A stretch of DNA of 64,000 nt, from sequence record DRR378314_1813; one strand, written 5' to 3'. The position numbers and the translations under genes are program-made. A model generated the notes under the pieces. It was not told the DNA's origin. It saw nothing but the letters and a program-made list of their open reading frames with translations, and searched no databases. Every line of letters begins with the position of its first letter. The stretch's first letter is position 1. Positions 8,731 to 19,049 of this stretch are shown here, in pieces.

Positions 8731-9762
8731 TCACGAAGGTTTTAGGATTTTTGGCATGCTTGTTTCCGAATCAATTCGGCCAAGAGAATGGCCTGAATAC
8801 TGTTTGAGTAGGTGGTTTACAACATCATCACCGTATTTCTCAAACCAGAATTCACCCATCTTTTTCAATTTTCGGAGGTTGGATTGGCTGATATCATCCA
8901 TTGCATCGTCTGGTGGATTAGGAAGCCCGGTCTGTGCTTTCATTTCCGCATTCACCCTTATGTAGTTGCCATCAGATATAATCGTGGAGGCTTGATAGGC
9001 AACTACGCGTTCATCGGATAGAAGGTCGAGAATATGTCCTTTTAAAAACCACTCTAACGCACCCCATTTCTGTGATTCTGGGCCATTTATCTTTCGGGTA
9101 CGGTAGCCAGTACCGACAGAAAGCACGCGAATGTCTTGAACCGGGTTATCTGGCCATGCTCTTATGGTCTCAGCAATCGCACACATCGTAGGGTTATTTG
9201 CGGTCACGCCCCCGTCTACAAGCCAGAGCGCATTGTCAGATCCATGCACATTCGTTTCTTTAGTTGGAAAATAGGTCGGAGCAGCACTCGAGGCATCTGC
9301 AACGAGCCATGAAGCAAGTTTTCGATGGGAGGTATCGGTAGACTTGATGACAACTGGCTTGCGTTGCTCAATGCCGTAGGTCACGGCTAACACGTGCTTC
9401 TGTCGAGGAACACTTCCTACCTTTGCCGTTCCGAATTTACTTTTCAAAAGGCTTGCCTTGCCTTGCGACTCGTATTTGGGCGCGTTAATCCCGTCGAGTT
9501 CGAACCAACCTCGGTTCTCTTTGAAAATTCGTTTGGCGTTTTTGTAATTGTACAGTTCGCTTATTTCAGACATTTCTAGGCTGGTTGTGGATAGCGCAAG
9601 AGCGATAATGCTTCCTGTGCTGGTTCCAGCATAAAAATCGATACAGTCGCGAAGTGTTTTTTGATGATCTGATTTGAGCTTGTTCTCAATTAACGCGAGA
9701 AAATGCGCTGTTGCTGCGCCTCTGATTCCGCCGCCATCCAGTGACAAAATGAGCTTTGACAT
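8731..9762 (-). CDS. Patatin-like phospholipase
   Basis: LSLDGGGIRG, GTSTG, SAAPTYF, DGG motifs. Confidence 0.93.
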   Translation of the reverse strand: MSKLILSLDGGGIRGAATAHFLALIENKLKSDHQKTLRDCIDFYAGTSTGSIIALALSTTSLEMSEISELYNYKNAKRIFKENRGWFELDGINAPKYESQGKASLLKSKFGTAKVGSVPRQKHVLAVTYGIEQRKPVVIKSTDTSHRKLASWLVADASSAAPTYFPTKETNVHGSDNALWLVDGGVTANNPTMCAIAETIRAWPDNPVQDIRVLSVGTGYRTRKINGPESQKWGALEWFLKGHILDLLSDERVVAYQASTIISDGNYIRVNAEMKAQTGLPNPPDDAMDDISQSNLRKLKKMGEFWFEKYGDDVVNHLLKQYSGHSLGRIDSETSMPKILKPS

Positions 9763-10213
9763 GGAAAGACCTCCTTGTTTCTGTTCGATTGCTGCACTCT
9801 TCCTGAGATACTCCGCAGCCTGAGATTTGCTTCAATAGGTCAATTAATGATCAGCTTAGTCGAAATTCTCCATATGTGTAGAAACGGGTTTCGGCTCCGC
9901 ACTTGGATGCATATTTGGCTCAAAACGTCTGCGACTGGGCAATACGAACTACATGCGGTTAGGTTAGGCACGGAAATGGGCGCTAATGCGTCTATGTGCC
10001 GAAGAATTGATGGAGCACCGGTGCCATAACTTTCAAGAGTTTGTATTCTACGGCCAAGTGGGTATTGAACTGGTTTTTTCCTATAGATTTCAGTATATTG
10101 CTAACTTGCAAGGAGCATCCTCGGGACATGGATATCTGAATCCGAAAATCCATATTCGATACCTGTACCTCGCGCAATCCTAGGAAAGCCAAAAGCTAGA
10201 GGGGAGCAGGTCA

Positions 10214-10356
10214 GACCACAGAAAGTACTAAATTCCCAGCACGACAAATCAAGAAGTTGGGCGTGAAACTCCACAGAAAGTGCTAAAGAAACTTAAAGTA
10301 GATTCTAGAATAGGGCGATGGCCTTGTGTTCCACACAAAGTACTAAATTCGTCGTC
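10214..10356 (+). repeat. Composite site 3
   Basis: Boxes at 10216, 10271, 10331; AATCAAGAAGTTG 10247-10259; core 10291-10313. Confidence 0.9.
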
Positions 10357-10454
10357 TAGCTCACGAGCCGGATTTTTCCAATTCCGGCTGGACCTAATAC
10401 GGGGTCAGGGTCACCTAAAAAAACGACTTTGATGTTCCTCTGATACTGTGATAA

Positions 10455-10470
10455 CTGTATATACAGACAG
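10455..10470. promoter_or_regulatory. LexA (SOS) box
   Basis: CTGTATATACAGACAG = CTGT-N8-ACAG, 22 bp before ATG 10493. Confidence 0.75.
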
Positions 10471-10492
10471 TGCTTTTTCAGGAGCGAATCAA

Positions 10493-13207
10493 ATGCCCCG
10501 ACCCAGACAGAAGATTACCCCGGAGACTCTACCTCTAGGGTATGAAAACTTCGTACCACTTCCGGAGCGCCGCTTTCCCATTACACCGCCGGCACGCGAA
10601 AAGCGTGACTGGGAGTGCAAGGTATGTGGGTTCATCGATAACCTGTCCTTAAACAACATGAATCCAAAAAATAGAAAAGGTCGCCCGCTCGCAGAGGGAA
10701 TGGGCTGTAAAGCCTGTAAGTCAGCGGATATGATTCTGAGCAACTTCCAGGACCGAGGGTTGAATCCATGGCTAACGATATCGGGTTGCTATTTTGACCA
10801 CACGCACAAACTTGCAGAAGATCAAAAGCGCCGCTTCGAAGCAGTTGTGTTTAAGGGCCGATGTTTCCACGGACATCCACAAACGATCAGCAGACATGCG
10901 CTCACCTATTTATGTCGCAGGGCCGCTTTTTGCGATGATTGCAACGCGGAGAAACGTTGTTTAGAAGATGACCGTTTGGCGGCCCCCATCAGAGCGCACT
11001 GGCCATCCGCTGATATTCGTTTTGTTGAGAGGGACCACTTACAAAAACCGCACTATTTGGCTGAAATTCCAGGTAGCGATGGTTCACCAAATCCCAACGC
11101 GCCGGGACGGATTCGTGGGCCTATCAGCACTGCTGAAACTGGAAAAACGGTTTCAGTGATCGAGTTGCGCAGGATGGTGAAGCAAGACAAATTGGATAGA
11201 AAGAGGGTATTAAAGTTCATCCAAATCGGTAACGCTTTCGGCTCAACCGTCGAGGTGGTGGGTTTGATTCCTGGAACGAATGAATTGGGAGTGCAATACC
11301 GCAACGTCTTGGGAGAACTTAAGCCTTATTACACCCTTGAAAGGGCCAAGGAGTATTGCGCCGGTCGTCCAATAACAAAACAGGCGCAGACCCTGGTCCA
11401 GTGTGTCTTAGTTGCCGCTTTTCCTCAGAATGAGTGGCTTAGAGACGATCGTTCTTATCTCGCCGAGTTGCAGGTGACAAGTGAAACAGGCACGCCAATC
11501 TCTGAGAACTCTGAATTGGATATTGGCACGAGAGCAATCGTCGACGGTGGTCTCTGGGTTGAGTATCAGGGGCACCAGAGCCATCGAGAGGATCCCAAGA
11601 CCATTGAGTCCGATCGTCAGAAAGTTGCTATTTGCAGAGGGCGGTGCTTGCTGCTGGTAATCGATCAGATCAAACGCCCGAATGCTGAAAAGGCGATCAA
11701 AGCATTGAAGAATGCGCTTCAGGCTCACCCAGACAGGGAGCGAGTTCAGCATGCTATGGCGCAGATGATCGATCCTGATCCTGAGAGAGTCACCAAGCTC
11801 TGGCTTGCCAGCATAGAGGGTCTAGCAAAGAAGCGCGGAGAGCAGCTTACGGAATCGATGAAGCCTTATGGACACGAAGTGCTCACGCCCATGTTGGAAA
11901 TCTACTCCGGTGGGACCTTTTCCTATCGATGTGGATTCTGTCGGCAAATATCTGACAACAACAACGTCAAAGCCTACATCGATAGGCCGGCCAAGGGGTG
12001 CAAGCTCTGTGAAAGCCAAAGAATGTCGGAACAAAATACCCAAAAACGTCGCGAGCGATGGTCTGAGCATTCTCTATGGGAATCCTTGACCGAGGCAGCA
12101 CAGGATGCGTTGTGCGATGGCACAGACACGTACACCTGCCACCTTTGTAATGCCGTAGGATACAAGTCTACCCTGAGCAAACGGAACGAGTACTTCTGCC
12201 TTCAATGCCTGGACAGGGAGAGACGAATCACCGATTGCGCTGCAACTGCAGGGACGATTTATCAACACCTATCTTCGATTAAAACGTTGATCGCTATCTA
12301 TGACGAAGCTCCAACAGGGCGCTTCGAAGATCAGATAGCTGTCGAAAACAACGCGATAATGGTATCTATGACCGTGAACGGTAACAGGCACAGCCTGCCT
12401 TTGACTCGATGGCAAAAAGAAGCCGCAAAAACTCGTAGCGATATATTCCACAGGCCTGAAGAGCAACATTCTGTTTTGTTCAAGGCCTTCCCAAACTATC
12501 GCCTCATAGAATCAGACGACCCGGCAACCGTTTTCTTTCAGACTGGATGTGGAACCCTGGCACCAAACGGTGAAATCGTAATCCATCCGATTACACGCTA
12601 TCCCCTCAGAAAATTGTCGCCATTACACAATCAGGCCGGTGGAGTTCAGCGCAGCAGCAAGAACGCCGAGCGAGGGCAAGGGCATGTTGACTGGACACTG
12701 ATTCGCAGTCGTCTTTCCTACATGCATGACCTAAAGAACGCCACCAGTTCGAGCTCGACAAAGACGCTGGGAGACATTGAAGCGCGTTATAAGTTCCGGG
12801 CAGCCTGTGTCGGGACCGATCATATTCCTCCCGAATTCAAGCGAGAGATACGCGTGACTAGAGAGAACACGACTTCAACGGATGCCGTGGAAACCACTGA
12901 CCCCACGCTGCATTTCTATTGCTCGGACAGCCGGCACGCGCCAGAGGTCACAAAAGCCGACTCTCGATTTAGCACCTCGGGTGCTAAACGAGGCTTCTGC
13001 ACAAAATGCCTAAAAGCTTCTGGGATCAACGAAATGGATTTTCGACAACTTGAAACAGAGGCAGATATAGTCCATCTAACGGAACTTCAGCCACCGAACT
13101 CTGCGGGTATCAGAAACCAATCCCAATCAGAAGAGGTCAATTGCTATGACAGGAAGACGGCGAGCAACGATGAGTTTCTGCGCCAAAGCCAGCTAAAATT
13201 GCTCTAA
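10493..13207 (+). CDS. Large multi-zinc-ribbon protein with putative endonuclease domain
   Basis: 904 aa from ATG after GGAG; eight CxxC pairs; ELDI...VEYQGHQSH nuclease-like motif. Confidence 0.7.
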   Translation: MPRPRQKITPETLPLGYENFVPLPERRFPITPPAREKRDWECKVCGFIDNLSLNNMNPKNRKGRPLAEGMGCKACKSADMILSNFQDRGLNPWLTISGCYFDHTHKLAEDQKRRFEAVVFKGRCFHGHPQTISRHALTYLCRRAAFCDDCNAEKRCLEDDRLAAPIRAHWPSADIRFVERDHLQKPHYLAEIPGSDGSPNPNAPGRIRGPISTAETGKTVSVIELRRMVKQDKLDRKRVLKFIQIGNAFGSTVEVVGLIPGTNELGVQYRNVLGELKPYYTLERAKEYCAGRPITKQAQTLVQCVLVAAFPQNEWLRDDRSYLAELQVTSETGTPISENSELDIGTRAIVDGGLWVEYQGHQSHREDPKTIESDRQKVAICRGRCLLLVIDQIKRPNAEKAIKALKNALQAHPDRERVQHAMAQMIDPDPERVTKLWLASIEGLAKKRGEQLTESMKPYGHEVLTPMLEIYSGGTFSYRCGFCRQISDNNNVKAYIDRPAKGCKLCESQRMSEQNTQKRRERWSEHSLWESLTEAAQDALCDGTDTYTCHLCNAVGYKSTLSKRNEYFCLQCLDRERRITDCAATAGTIYQHLSSIKTLIAIYDEAPTGRFEDQIAVENNAIMVSMTVNGNRHSLPLTRWQKEAAKTRSDIFHRPEEQHSVLFKAFPNYRLIESDDPATVFFQTGCGTLAPNGEIVIHPITRYPLRKLSPLHNQAGGVQRSSKNAERGQGHVDWTLIRSRLSYMHDLKNATSSSSTKTLGDIEARYKFRAACVGTDHIPPEFKREIRVTRENTTSTDAVETTDPTLHFYCSDSRHAPEVTKADSRFSTSGAKRGFCTKCLKASGINEMDFRQLETEADIVHLTELQPPNSAGIRNQSQSEEVNCYDRKTASNDEFLRQSQLKLL

Positions 13208-13350
13208 ATGAATGGCGAGCTCGCGGATTCGGGTCAGAGTCAGTGCTTCGTCAGGGGTATCCCACAGAGCCAAGATCTCCCGGCAAACAGAGCGAATGGG
13301 ATTCCACCTCAGGCCCTGTGTAAACATCCCCGTTTTAGTTGCACTGATGA

Positions 13351-14622
13351 TTAGAGTTTTCCACCTGTTGGGGCTGTCGGGATCCCTTCATCGAAGCTTT
13401 CCACCGTGTACTGGCCTTGGTACTGCTTTAACGCCTTCAGAGCCGCTTCGGACCCGATATTGAAAAATTCTTTGCGACGGTTGACGAGATTTACCCGGTG
13501 CTCACTGAAATGATGGTGGAAATACTTTTCCAGCATTGGTGCATCGTCGGTATAGATAAACGCATGCACCTGGAATGATTCTGGCACGGATGCATCACCG
13601 AGCTCCTTAACCCTGTCGTTCGGGTCCAGCCGTCGAGTCATCCCGATCTTACAAACCCCTTCACCAAAAGACGCTGGATTAGAAATCACGTACACGTAAC
13701 CGGCCCTGGTTTGTCGCGCCAAAGATATTGCCCTTGCTTCCTTTTGCCTCAAGAGGTCCAGCTCTTTTTGGTGCAGTTCCAGCTGTGCCTTTTGCCCTTC
13801 TGTAGCCTCGTTGATCCTGGCCAGTTCTCGTTCAACCAATTTCTCCATGCGCTCCCGGTCGCGCTTTGCCTTTTCAAGCTGCTGTCGAACGCGCTCTTCG
13901 TCCCGTTCTTCTTCTCGAATCCTCTGACGTTCCTCTCTTTCTTCTTCTTTCAGATCGGCTTTTAGCTGCTTTATTTCGTAGTTCAGGCGAAGCTCTCGCA
14001 CCTTGAGGTCAAGATAATTCTGCTCCAGGAAGATCTTTACTAGCCGACTGTCCGTGTTGATCTCATCGAACTTGTTCTTGATGCGCTGAACGAGGCGGTT
14101 GATATTGTTCCATTCCACTGCAGCAATGGCAGCCTTCACTTCATTATCAAAGCACCGGATGCGAAGCTTGATCTCACGATTGACAAACTTTTTTGCTTCG
14201 CTCTTTTTCCCGTTGATGGCCGTATCGGCTGGTAGATGAGACAAGCAGGCGCGTTTGTTTTTGACCAGCTCCTTTGCTTCTTCCTTGATCCGTGCCAGTT
14301 CATCCTCCAACACCGACTCATCCCGCGTATTGAATAGGGGCTTGTAGGCGTTGGCATCGATGGTACCCACCCCCAAATCGTAGGTTCGAATGATGCTTTC
14401 AAATTTCTTTAAGGCGTCCCGCTTCTCCTGATACCGTTCCTGCAGATTTCTGTATGTTCCAGAGAGGTCTTTCAACTCTGCTTTCAAGTCCGCTGCAGGC
14501 CGGTAATCGAGCATGATCGCGTCATACTGCGCCTGATTCTTATTTCGAAGGTTTAAACTAAAAGCGAATAACGCCAGCCCGGCGACCAAAGCAATTGCAG
14601 CCACTATAAGCATCAAATTCAC
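13351..14622 (-). CDS. DUF4041 + T5orf172 (GIY-YIG-like) protein
   Basis: N-terminal TM, coiled coil, AGYVYVISN..KIGMTRRLDP..ELGDASVP..RKEFF. Confidence 0.88.
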   Translation of the reverse strand: MNLMLIVAAIALVAGLALFAFSLNLRNKNQAQYDAIMLDYRPAADLKAELKDLSGTYRNLQERYQEKRDALKKFESIIRTYDLGVGTIDANAYKPLFNTRDESVLEDELARIKEEAKELVKNKRACLSHLPADTAINGKKSEAKKFVNREIKLRIRCFDNEVKAAIAAVEWNNINRLVQRIKNKFDEINTDSRLVKIFLEQNYLDLKVRELRLNYEIKQLKADLKEEEREERQRIREEERDEERVRQQLEKAKRDRERMEKLVERELARINEATEGQKAQLELHQKELDLLRQKEARAISLARQTRAGYVYVISNPASFGEGVCKIGMTRRLDPNDRVKELGDASVPESFQVHAFIYTDDAPMLEKYFHHHFSEHRVNLVNRRKEFFNIGSEAALKALKQYQGQYTVESFDEGIPTAPTGGKL

Positions 14623-14633
14623 GACTTATTTCC

Positions 14634-15992
14634 TCATACGGATTCTGGAAGTTCTGAGGAAGCTTCCTTTGGTTGCCGGCGTGCTTGCTGCATCGCCCCA
14701 CGTACTAGCTCCGACTCCCGATACTCTTTCGCTTCGCAGTCGTAAAACCAGGAGGACTTGATGCCAAGATCACTCATAACGGCTTTTGCCTCTTCAGGCG
14801 AGACGTGGAAGAACTCTTTGCGGTGATTCTCTTTGTTCACTCGATTGTCGATTAGGGCTCTGTGGATTTCCTTTTCTAGCCGTGGAGTATCCTCCACAAA
14901 GGCGAGGGTATGGACATCAAATCGATAGGGGACGCTGGCGTCGCCCAGCTCAACCACTCTGTCCATTGGCTCAAGGCGGCGAGTCATACCGATTTTGCAA
15001 ATACCTTCTCCGAAGCTGCCGATGTTGGATATAACGTACAAATAACCGGCCCGGGTAATTTGAGCTTGGGAGGTGGCACGCTCGAACTTTGCTTCAAGTT
15101 CACGCTTTTCTTCTTCGATTTGCTCAATCTTAAGTTCCAGCTCGGCGAGGTCATCGCCAGCAATCTGCCTGGCCAACTCACGGGCCCTGGCAAGCTCCTT
15201 TGCACAAGCCTCCAGTTCATTGCCAACCTCTTCATCTTCGTCGTCATCACTCGATCCACGACCGAGGGTTTGATTCTGCTCACGAAGCAAGGCCCTCTGA
15301 CGTTTTCGGGCCTCTTTCTCCTCATGCCTTCGCAAAAGATCGGCGTGCCAGATTTTCAGCTCTTCTTCTTTAGCCAATAGGTATTCCGGAGAGATCTTGA
15401 TGTGCACCGTCTCAGCGAGTTTCTCCAGCGCCTTCACACTGGCTTCAAGCTTGTTAATGGCGGTGTCGAAGCTGCCATGGCGCATTTTGCTTCGAGCCAT
15501 GTCCACTTCGGCATTCAACGCACCAATCATTAGCTTGTTGTAGTTTCGGATGAGTATGTTGCCGTCAGATTTGCTGCCAAACCACTCCCAATTGGATAGG
15601 GACCTAGTAGCATCATTGAGATCGATGAGCCGGTATTGCTTGCTGCGGATATCGCGAATGGCTGACTTCAGATCTTCATCGTCATCCACTTTAAAATTGG
15701 GGGGTGGCAGGCCCGCTTTGATTTTCTGAACTTTCTTCTCGGCCTCAGCATGGATTTCAGTCAGTCTGGCCATTGCAGAGCGGCCCTTTGCGAGCTTTTC
15801 CTCAAGCGACGTTTTTTGTTGACTGAGTTCCTCGACGAGTACTGAAACCGGCGTTTCTTTCAACTCAACATTAATCTTGGCGCATTTACGCTTCAAACCG
15901 GTGGAGCGGACATAGAGACTCAATGAGATTGCGAGCAATATCAGAGCCCCAGCGCTTAGTCCGAAAATCAGTTGTTGTGTATAGGGTTCCAC
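14634..15992 (-). CDS. DUF4041 + T5orf172 (GIY-YIG-like) protein, paralog
   Basis: N-terminal TM, coiled coil, AGYLYVISNIGSFG..KIGMTRRLEP..ELGDASVP..RKEFF. Confidence 0.88.
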   Translation of the reverse strand: MEPYTQQLIFGLSAGALILLAISLSLYVRSTGLKRKCAKINVELKETPVSVLVEELSQQKTSLEEKLAKGRSAMARLTEIHAEAEKKVQKIKAGLPPPNFKVDDDEDLKSAIRDIRSKQYRLIDLNDATRSLSNWEWFGSKSDGNILIRNYNKLMIGALNAEVDMARSKMRHGSFDTAINKLEASVKALEKLAETVHIKISPEYLLAKEEELKIWHADLLRRHEEKEARKRQRALLREQNQTLGRGSSDDDEDEEVGNELEACAKELARARELARQIAGDDLAELELKIEQIEEEKRELEAKFERATSQAQITRAGYLYVISNIGSFGEGICKIGMTRRLEPMDRVVELGDASVPYRFDVHTLAFVEDTPRLEKEIHRALIDNRVNKENHRKEFFHVSPEEAKAVMSDLGIKSSWFYDCEAKEYRESELVRGAMQQARRQPKEASSELPESV

Positions 15993-16292
15993 TCTTCCAT
16001 TTCCTTTTGCCGTGCGGACATCGAAAGTACCGCTGCTCCACTATGCCAGTAGCTTCTTAACAACTAAACAGTCTATGGGTGAGTAACGGCTAGGTAGCAT
16101 CAGGTGCCCCTCTTGAGGTCATCCAGTAAGGTCCGTGTCGGGGCATCGGTCAAGTTGCCGATTTGGGAAACATCGGCATCCGTAGCCAGATCGATATGCT
16201 GGCCCTGCTAAGTGCGCCTTTCCCTGAAATTGCAGATCTATCGTTCTCATGCTGTACTCGGGAGATAACATTCTATTGAGACAGATGCATTC

Positions 16293-17672
16293 ATGAAGCT
16301 ATTTATTGCCGCCTCCGTTCTGTCCTGTGCAACTCTGATTTCCGCTTGCCAGTCAAAACCTAGCGAATCAAAGATGCAGAAAGTTTCCCGGGCCCCAGCC
16401 GTTACTGAAGCTCAACAACAGGCGCTGGAAGAACAAAAGCGAAGGACATTGCTGACGGAAATCGAGGCTGGTTTACCGAGTTTGTCACTTGATCTTCAAT
16501 CAGTAGGTAGCAAGGAATATCGAGGATTCGCTAATGCTTATGCCCACATGCGTTGGACCTTCGAAAAACTGGAAGGGATGCCGAAAGCTGGTCCCAGGGA
16601 GTTCCGGGCATGGGGCGAGTACTTCAATAGCGGTTTGGATGCTCTGACGCTGGGAATCGCCGATGACAACCTGAGCCTCCTCCATTCCGACCGTATATAC
16701 TCCGCTGCGCAATCAGCCAACGAAGTATATGAGAGGCGCTCGCGCTCCTTCAGTAACGATATAACCGCTGCCCCAGATGGTTACCTCGGTGCTTATATTG
16801 CCAGCCATCTGCTTATTTGCGGGGTGCCACAGCGTCTTTCTGCTGCACACCATAGAAGAAGTAGCGCTTCTGAGATCCCAACTAAAATGGAGGAGGCGAT
16901 TGATGCTCTCATCAAGAATAAATGTAGTGCCTCGCTTTCAAACTCTCCAATGGAGCAGCTTTACTACTACGTCCGAGTTGATGGACCAAAAACTGATCGG
17001 CTTTTAGAGCGGGTCAAGCGTTACAATATGGGAACATCAAAGCCTTGGTTGTATCTGATAGAAAACTGGATTGGTGAAACAACTAAAATAGACCTTCCTT
17101 TTGAGCAGATCAACGCAGACTTGGCCTTATTCCGGCTGGATGAGGCGATGAAATTGGCCAAGTCGCAATTAACTGATGTGGTGACAGAGATCGACGATCA
17201 GTTCGTGTTTTACCACGAACAACAGCATGCATATTATTCGAACGCAAAGCGTCACCTCGTATGTAAAAATGAGATAATGTCTCCGTCTTCGAACGACTAC
17301 TATTGGCTTGGATATAGCTTCGAATTTGATGAAGCCTTCAGAGGATTTATTAATTCTCTACCGGAATATAAAAACCATAAGCCACAGAGCGATTTCTTCA
17401 TTGCCCAAAACTTGATCACCCGAATGCTCGATTCCGCAAAAAGGGCACCGGAATCTCGGGACAAAGGCAATTGGGTCGGACTGGCCAACGACCTTTTGTC
17501 GGCTACTGAACTGTATCAGGAAGGGGCCTACCTCTATGACACGAATGCCTACAGAGGCGAGGTGGAGAAAGCTACTGCCGCATTGCAAGAGGTAATTGTA
17601 CGGTTCAACAACATGCAGAATCAGATCAAGCCGAAAACAAGTTGCGGCCGATTCATGATACCAAAAGAATGA
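16293..17672 (+). CDS. Hypothetical lipoprotein
   Basis: Signal peptide with lipobox ISAC; 459 aa. Confidence 0.7.
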   Translation: MKLFIAASVLSCATLISACQSKPSESKMQKVSRAPAVTEAQQQALEEQKRRTLLTEIEAGLPSLSLDLQSVGSKEYRGFANAYAHMRWTFEKLEGMPKAGPREFRAWGEYFNSGLDALTLGIADDNLSLLHSDRIYSAAQSANEVYERRSRSFSNDITAAPDGYLGAYIASHLLICGVPQRLSAAHHRRSSASEIPTKMEEAIDALIKNKCSASLSNSPMEQLYYYVRVDGPKTDRLLERVKRYNMGTSKPWLYLIENWIGETTKIDLPFEQINADLALFRLDEAMKLAKSQLTDVVTEIDDQFVFYHEQQHAYYSNAKRHLVCKNEIMSPSSNDYYWLGYSFEFDEAFRGFINSLPEYKNHKPQSDFFIAQNLITRMLDSAKRAPESRDKGNWVGLANDLLSATELYQEGAYLYDTNAYRGEVEKATAALQEVIVRFNNMQNQIKPKTSCGRFMIPKE

Positions 17673-17693
17673 AAGTTGCTTCGGGTTTTGAGT

Positions 17694-19049
17694 ATGGCAA
17701 TGCAGTTGACGTTACAGGTTTACTGGGATTTTCAGTGGCACGACGCTGGAAATGTAGTCTTTCGGGAGCCCGAGTCGGGTCTAATAGGTGCACCAAGCTT
17801 CAGTTACCACGTTGCTTACATACTTAAGGCGCTGGAGCGGGCGGGTAATCTCGAGAAAGAAGATCTAGCCAATCAGATGGCTATCGGCCTGAACCTGCCG
17901 TGTAACTTTTGTAGAGACTATCTGGGGGGAGAAATCGCACCAGTGTTGAGAGATATTATTCCGCAGGGCGCGGCGCGTCGACTGTGGGTGAACTTGCTTG
18001 GGTACCGCCGGGATCCAGAGCAGCGAATTGATACACAGTTACTGTCTTTGGGCTGCGTCGCCCCGATCGGCAATGTGCGAATCAAGGAAGCAGCGGATCT
18101 GTTTGAGTCGAACCGTAGAAAGTGGTCACCAATTAACTTTGGCCGTGCCGACATTTCCACATTGGTGGACGACACTCTTGCGTATATGCGTGAAAAGCCG
18201 CATCTCATTGCCGGGGCGCTTGGCGCCGGCGGTGATGCGCCGAAGTTGCTGCTCGTTGAAACGTGCGATGGACGCTATGCGTTGGAGGGTACAGCGTCCG
18301 ATGCCCAGGTACTGAGGCATTGGCTGGTAAAGTTACCTCGTGGCAGAAGAACCAAGTCGGACATTGAGGTATTGGAAGGGGAAGCGGCAATCTACCGCCT
18401 TCTCTCTGAGCGAGGGTTTAACTCTATCCCGGACTCCTTCCTAGACCAAACCGGGAGAGAGGTTTCCTTGTGGCTACCGAGATTTGATCGACTATCAACC
18501 GCAGAAGGGGTCGTTCGTCACGGTGTCGAATCCATATACTCGCTGATGGGGCAGATTGGGGACGGGGCCAGGCTCAGTCATGTCGATGTGATGACCAAAC
18601 TCCGAGCCTCCGTCACATATCCTGCAGAATGGGATGAACTGCTTGTTGACTACCTAGTACGAGACATCCTCAATACAGCCGTGGGCAACCGGGACAATCA
18701 TGGTCGCAATACAGCCCTGCTAAAGAGAAACTTCGAGATCGAGTTGGCACCGGCTTACGATGTCGCCCCCATGGTTCTGGATCCGGAGGGCATTGCGTCG
18801 TCTACGTGGTGGCCAATCCGTTTTCTCAATCATCAGAGGAACCCTGACTACCGTGAGATCCTGACTGAGTATGCGGACCATCCAGAGTCAGCTGCTTTAT
18901 GTATGATTCGGACGCTTGATAAATTAGTTGACCTGAAAGAGGGTCTGAGAAGGCACGGAGCACCGACAATTATGTTAAACCATCCAGCGATAAGGATGCA
19001 TGAGCCTGAGCGGGTGCTCGAAGCGCTCAGTCAGTGGATTTCCTGCTAG
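17694..19049 (+). CDS. HipA-family Ser/Thr kinase toxin
   Basis: GAGGDAPK, WLVK, RFDR, GNRDNHGRN, LAPAYD. Confidence 0.9.
   Translation: MAMQLTLQVYWDFQWHDAGNVVFREPESGLIGAPSFSYHVAYILKALERAGNLEKEDLANQMAIGLNLPCNFCRDYLGGEIAPVLRDIIPQGAARRLWVNLLGYRRDPEQRIDTQLLSLGCVAPIGNVRIKEAADLFESNRRKWSPINFGRADISTLVDDTLAYMREKPHLIAGALGAGGDAPKLLLVETCDGRYALEGTASDAQVLRHWLVKLPRGRRTKSDIEVLEGEAAIYRLLSERGFNSIPDSFLDQTGREVSLWLPRFDRLSTAEGVVRHGVESIYSLMGQIGDGARLSHVDVMTKLRASVTYPAEWDELLVDYLVRDILNTAVGNRDNHGRNTALLKRNFEIELAPAYDVAPMVLDPEGIASSTWWPIRFLNHQRNPDYREILTEYADHPESAALCMIRTLDKLVDLKEGLRRHGAPTIMLNHPAIRMHEPERVLEALSQWISC

Noticed and set aside
1894-10347. Boxes as plasmid iterons
   Set aside because: Spacing is 55/60 bp rather than ~22 bp, there are three dispersed copies, and no recognisable Rep gene is present.
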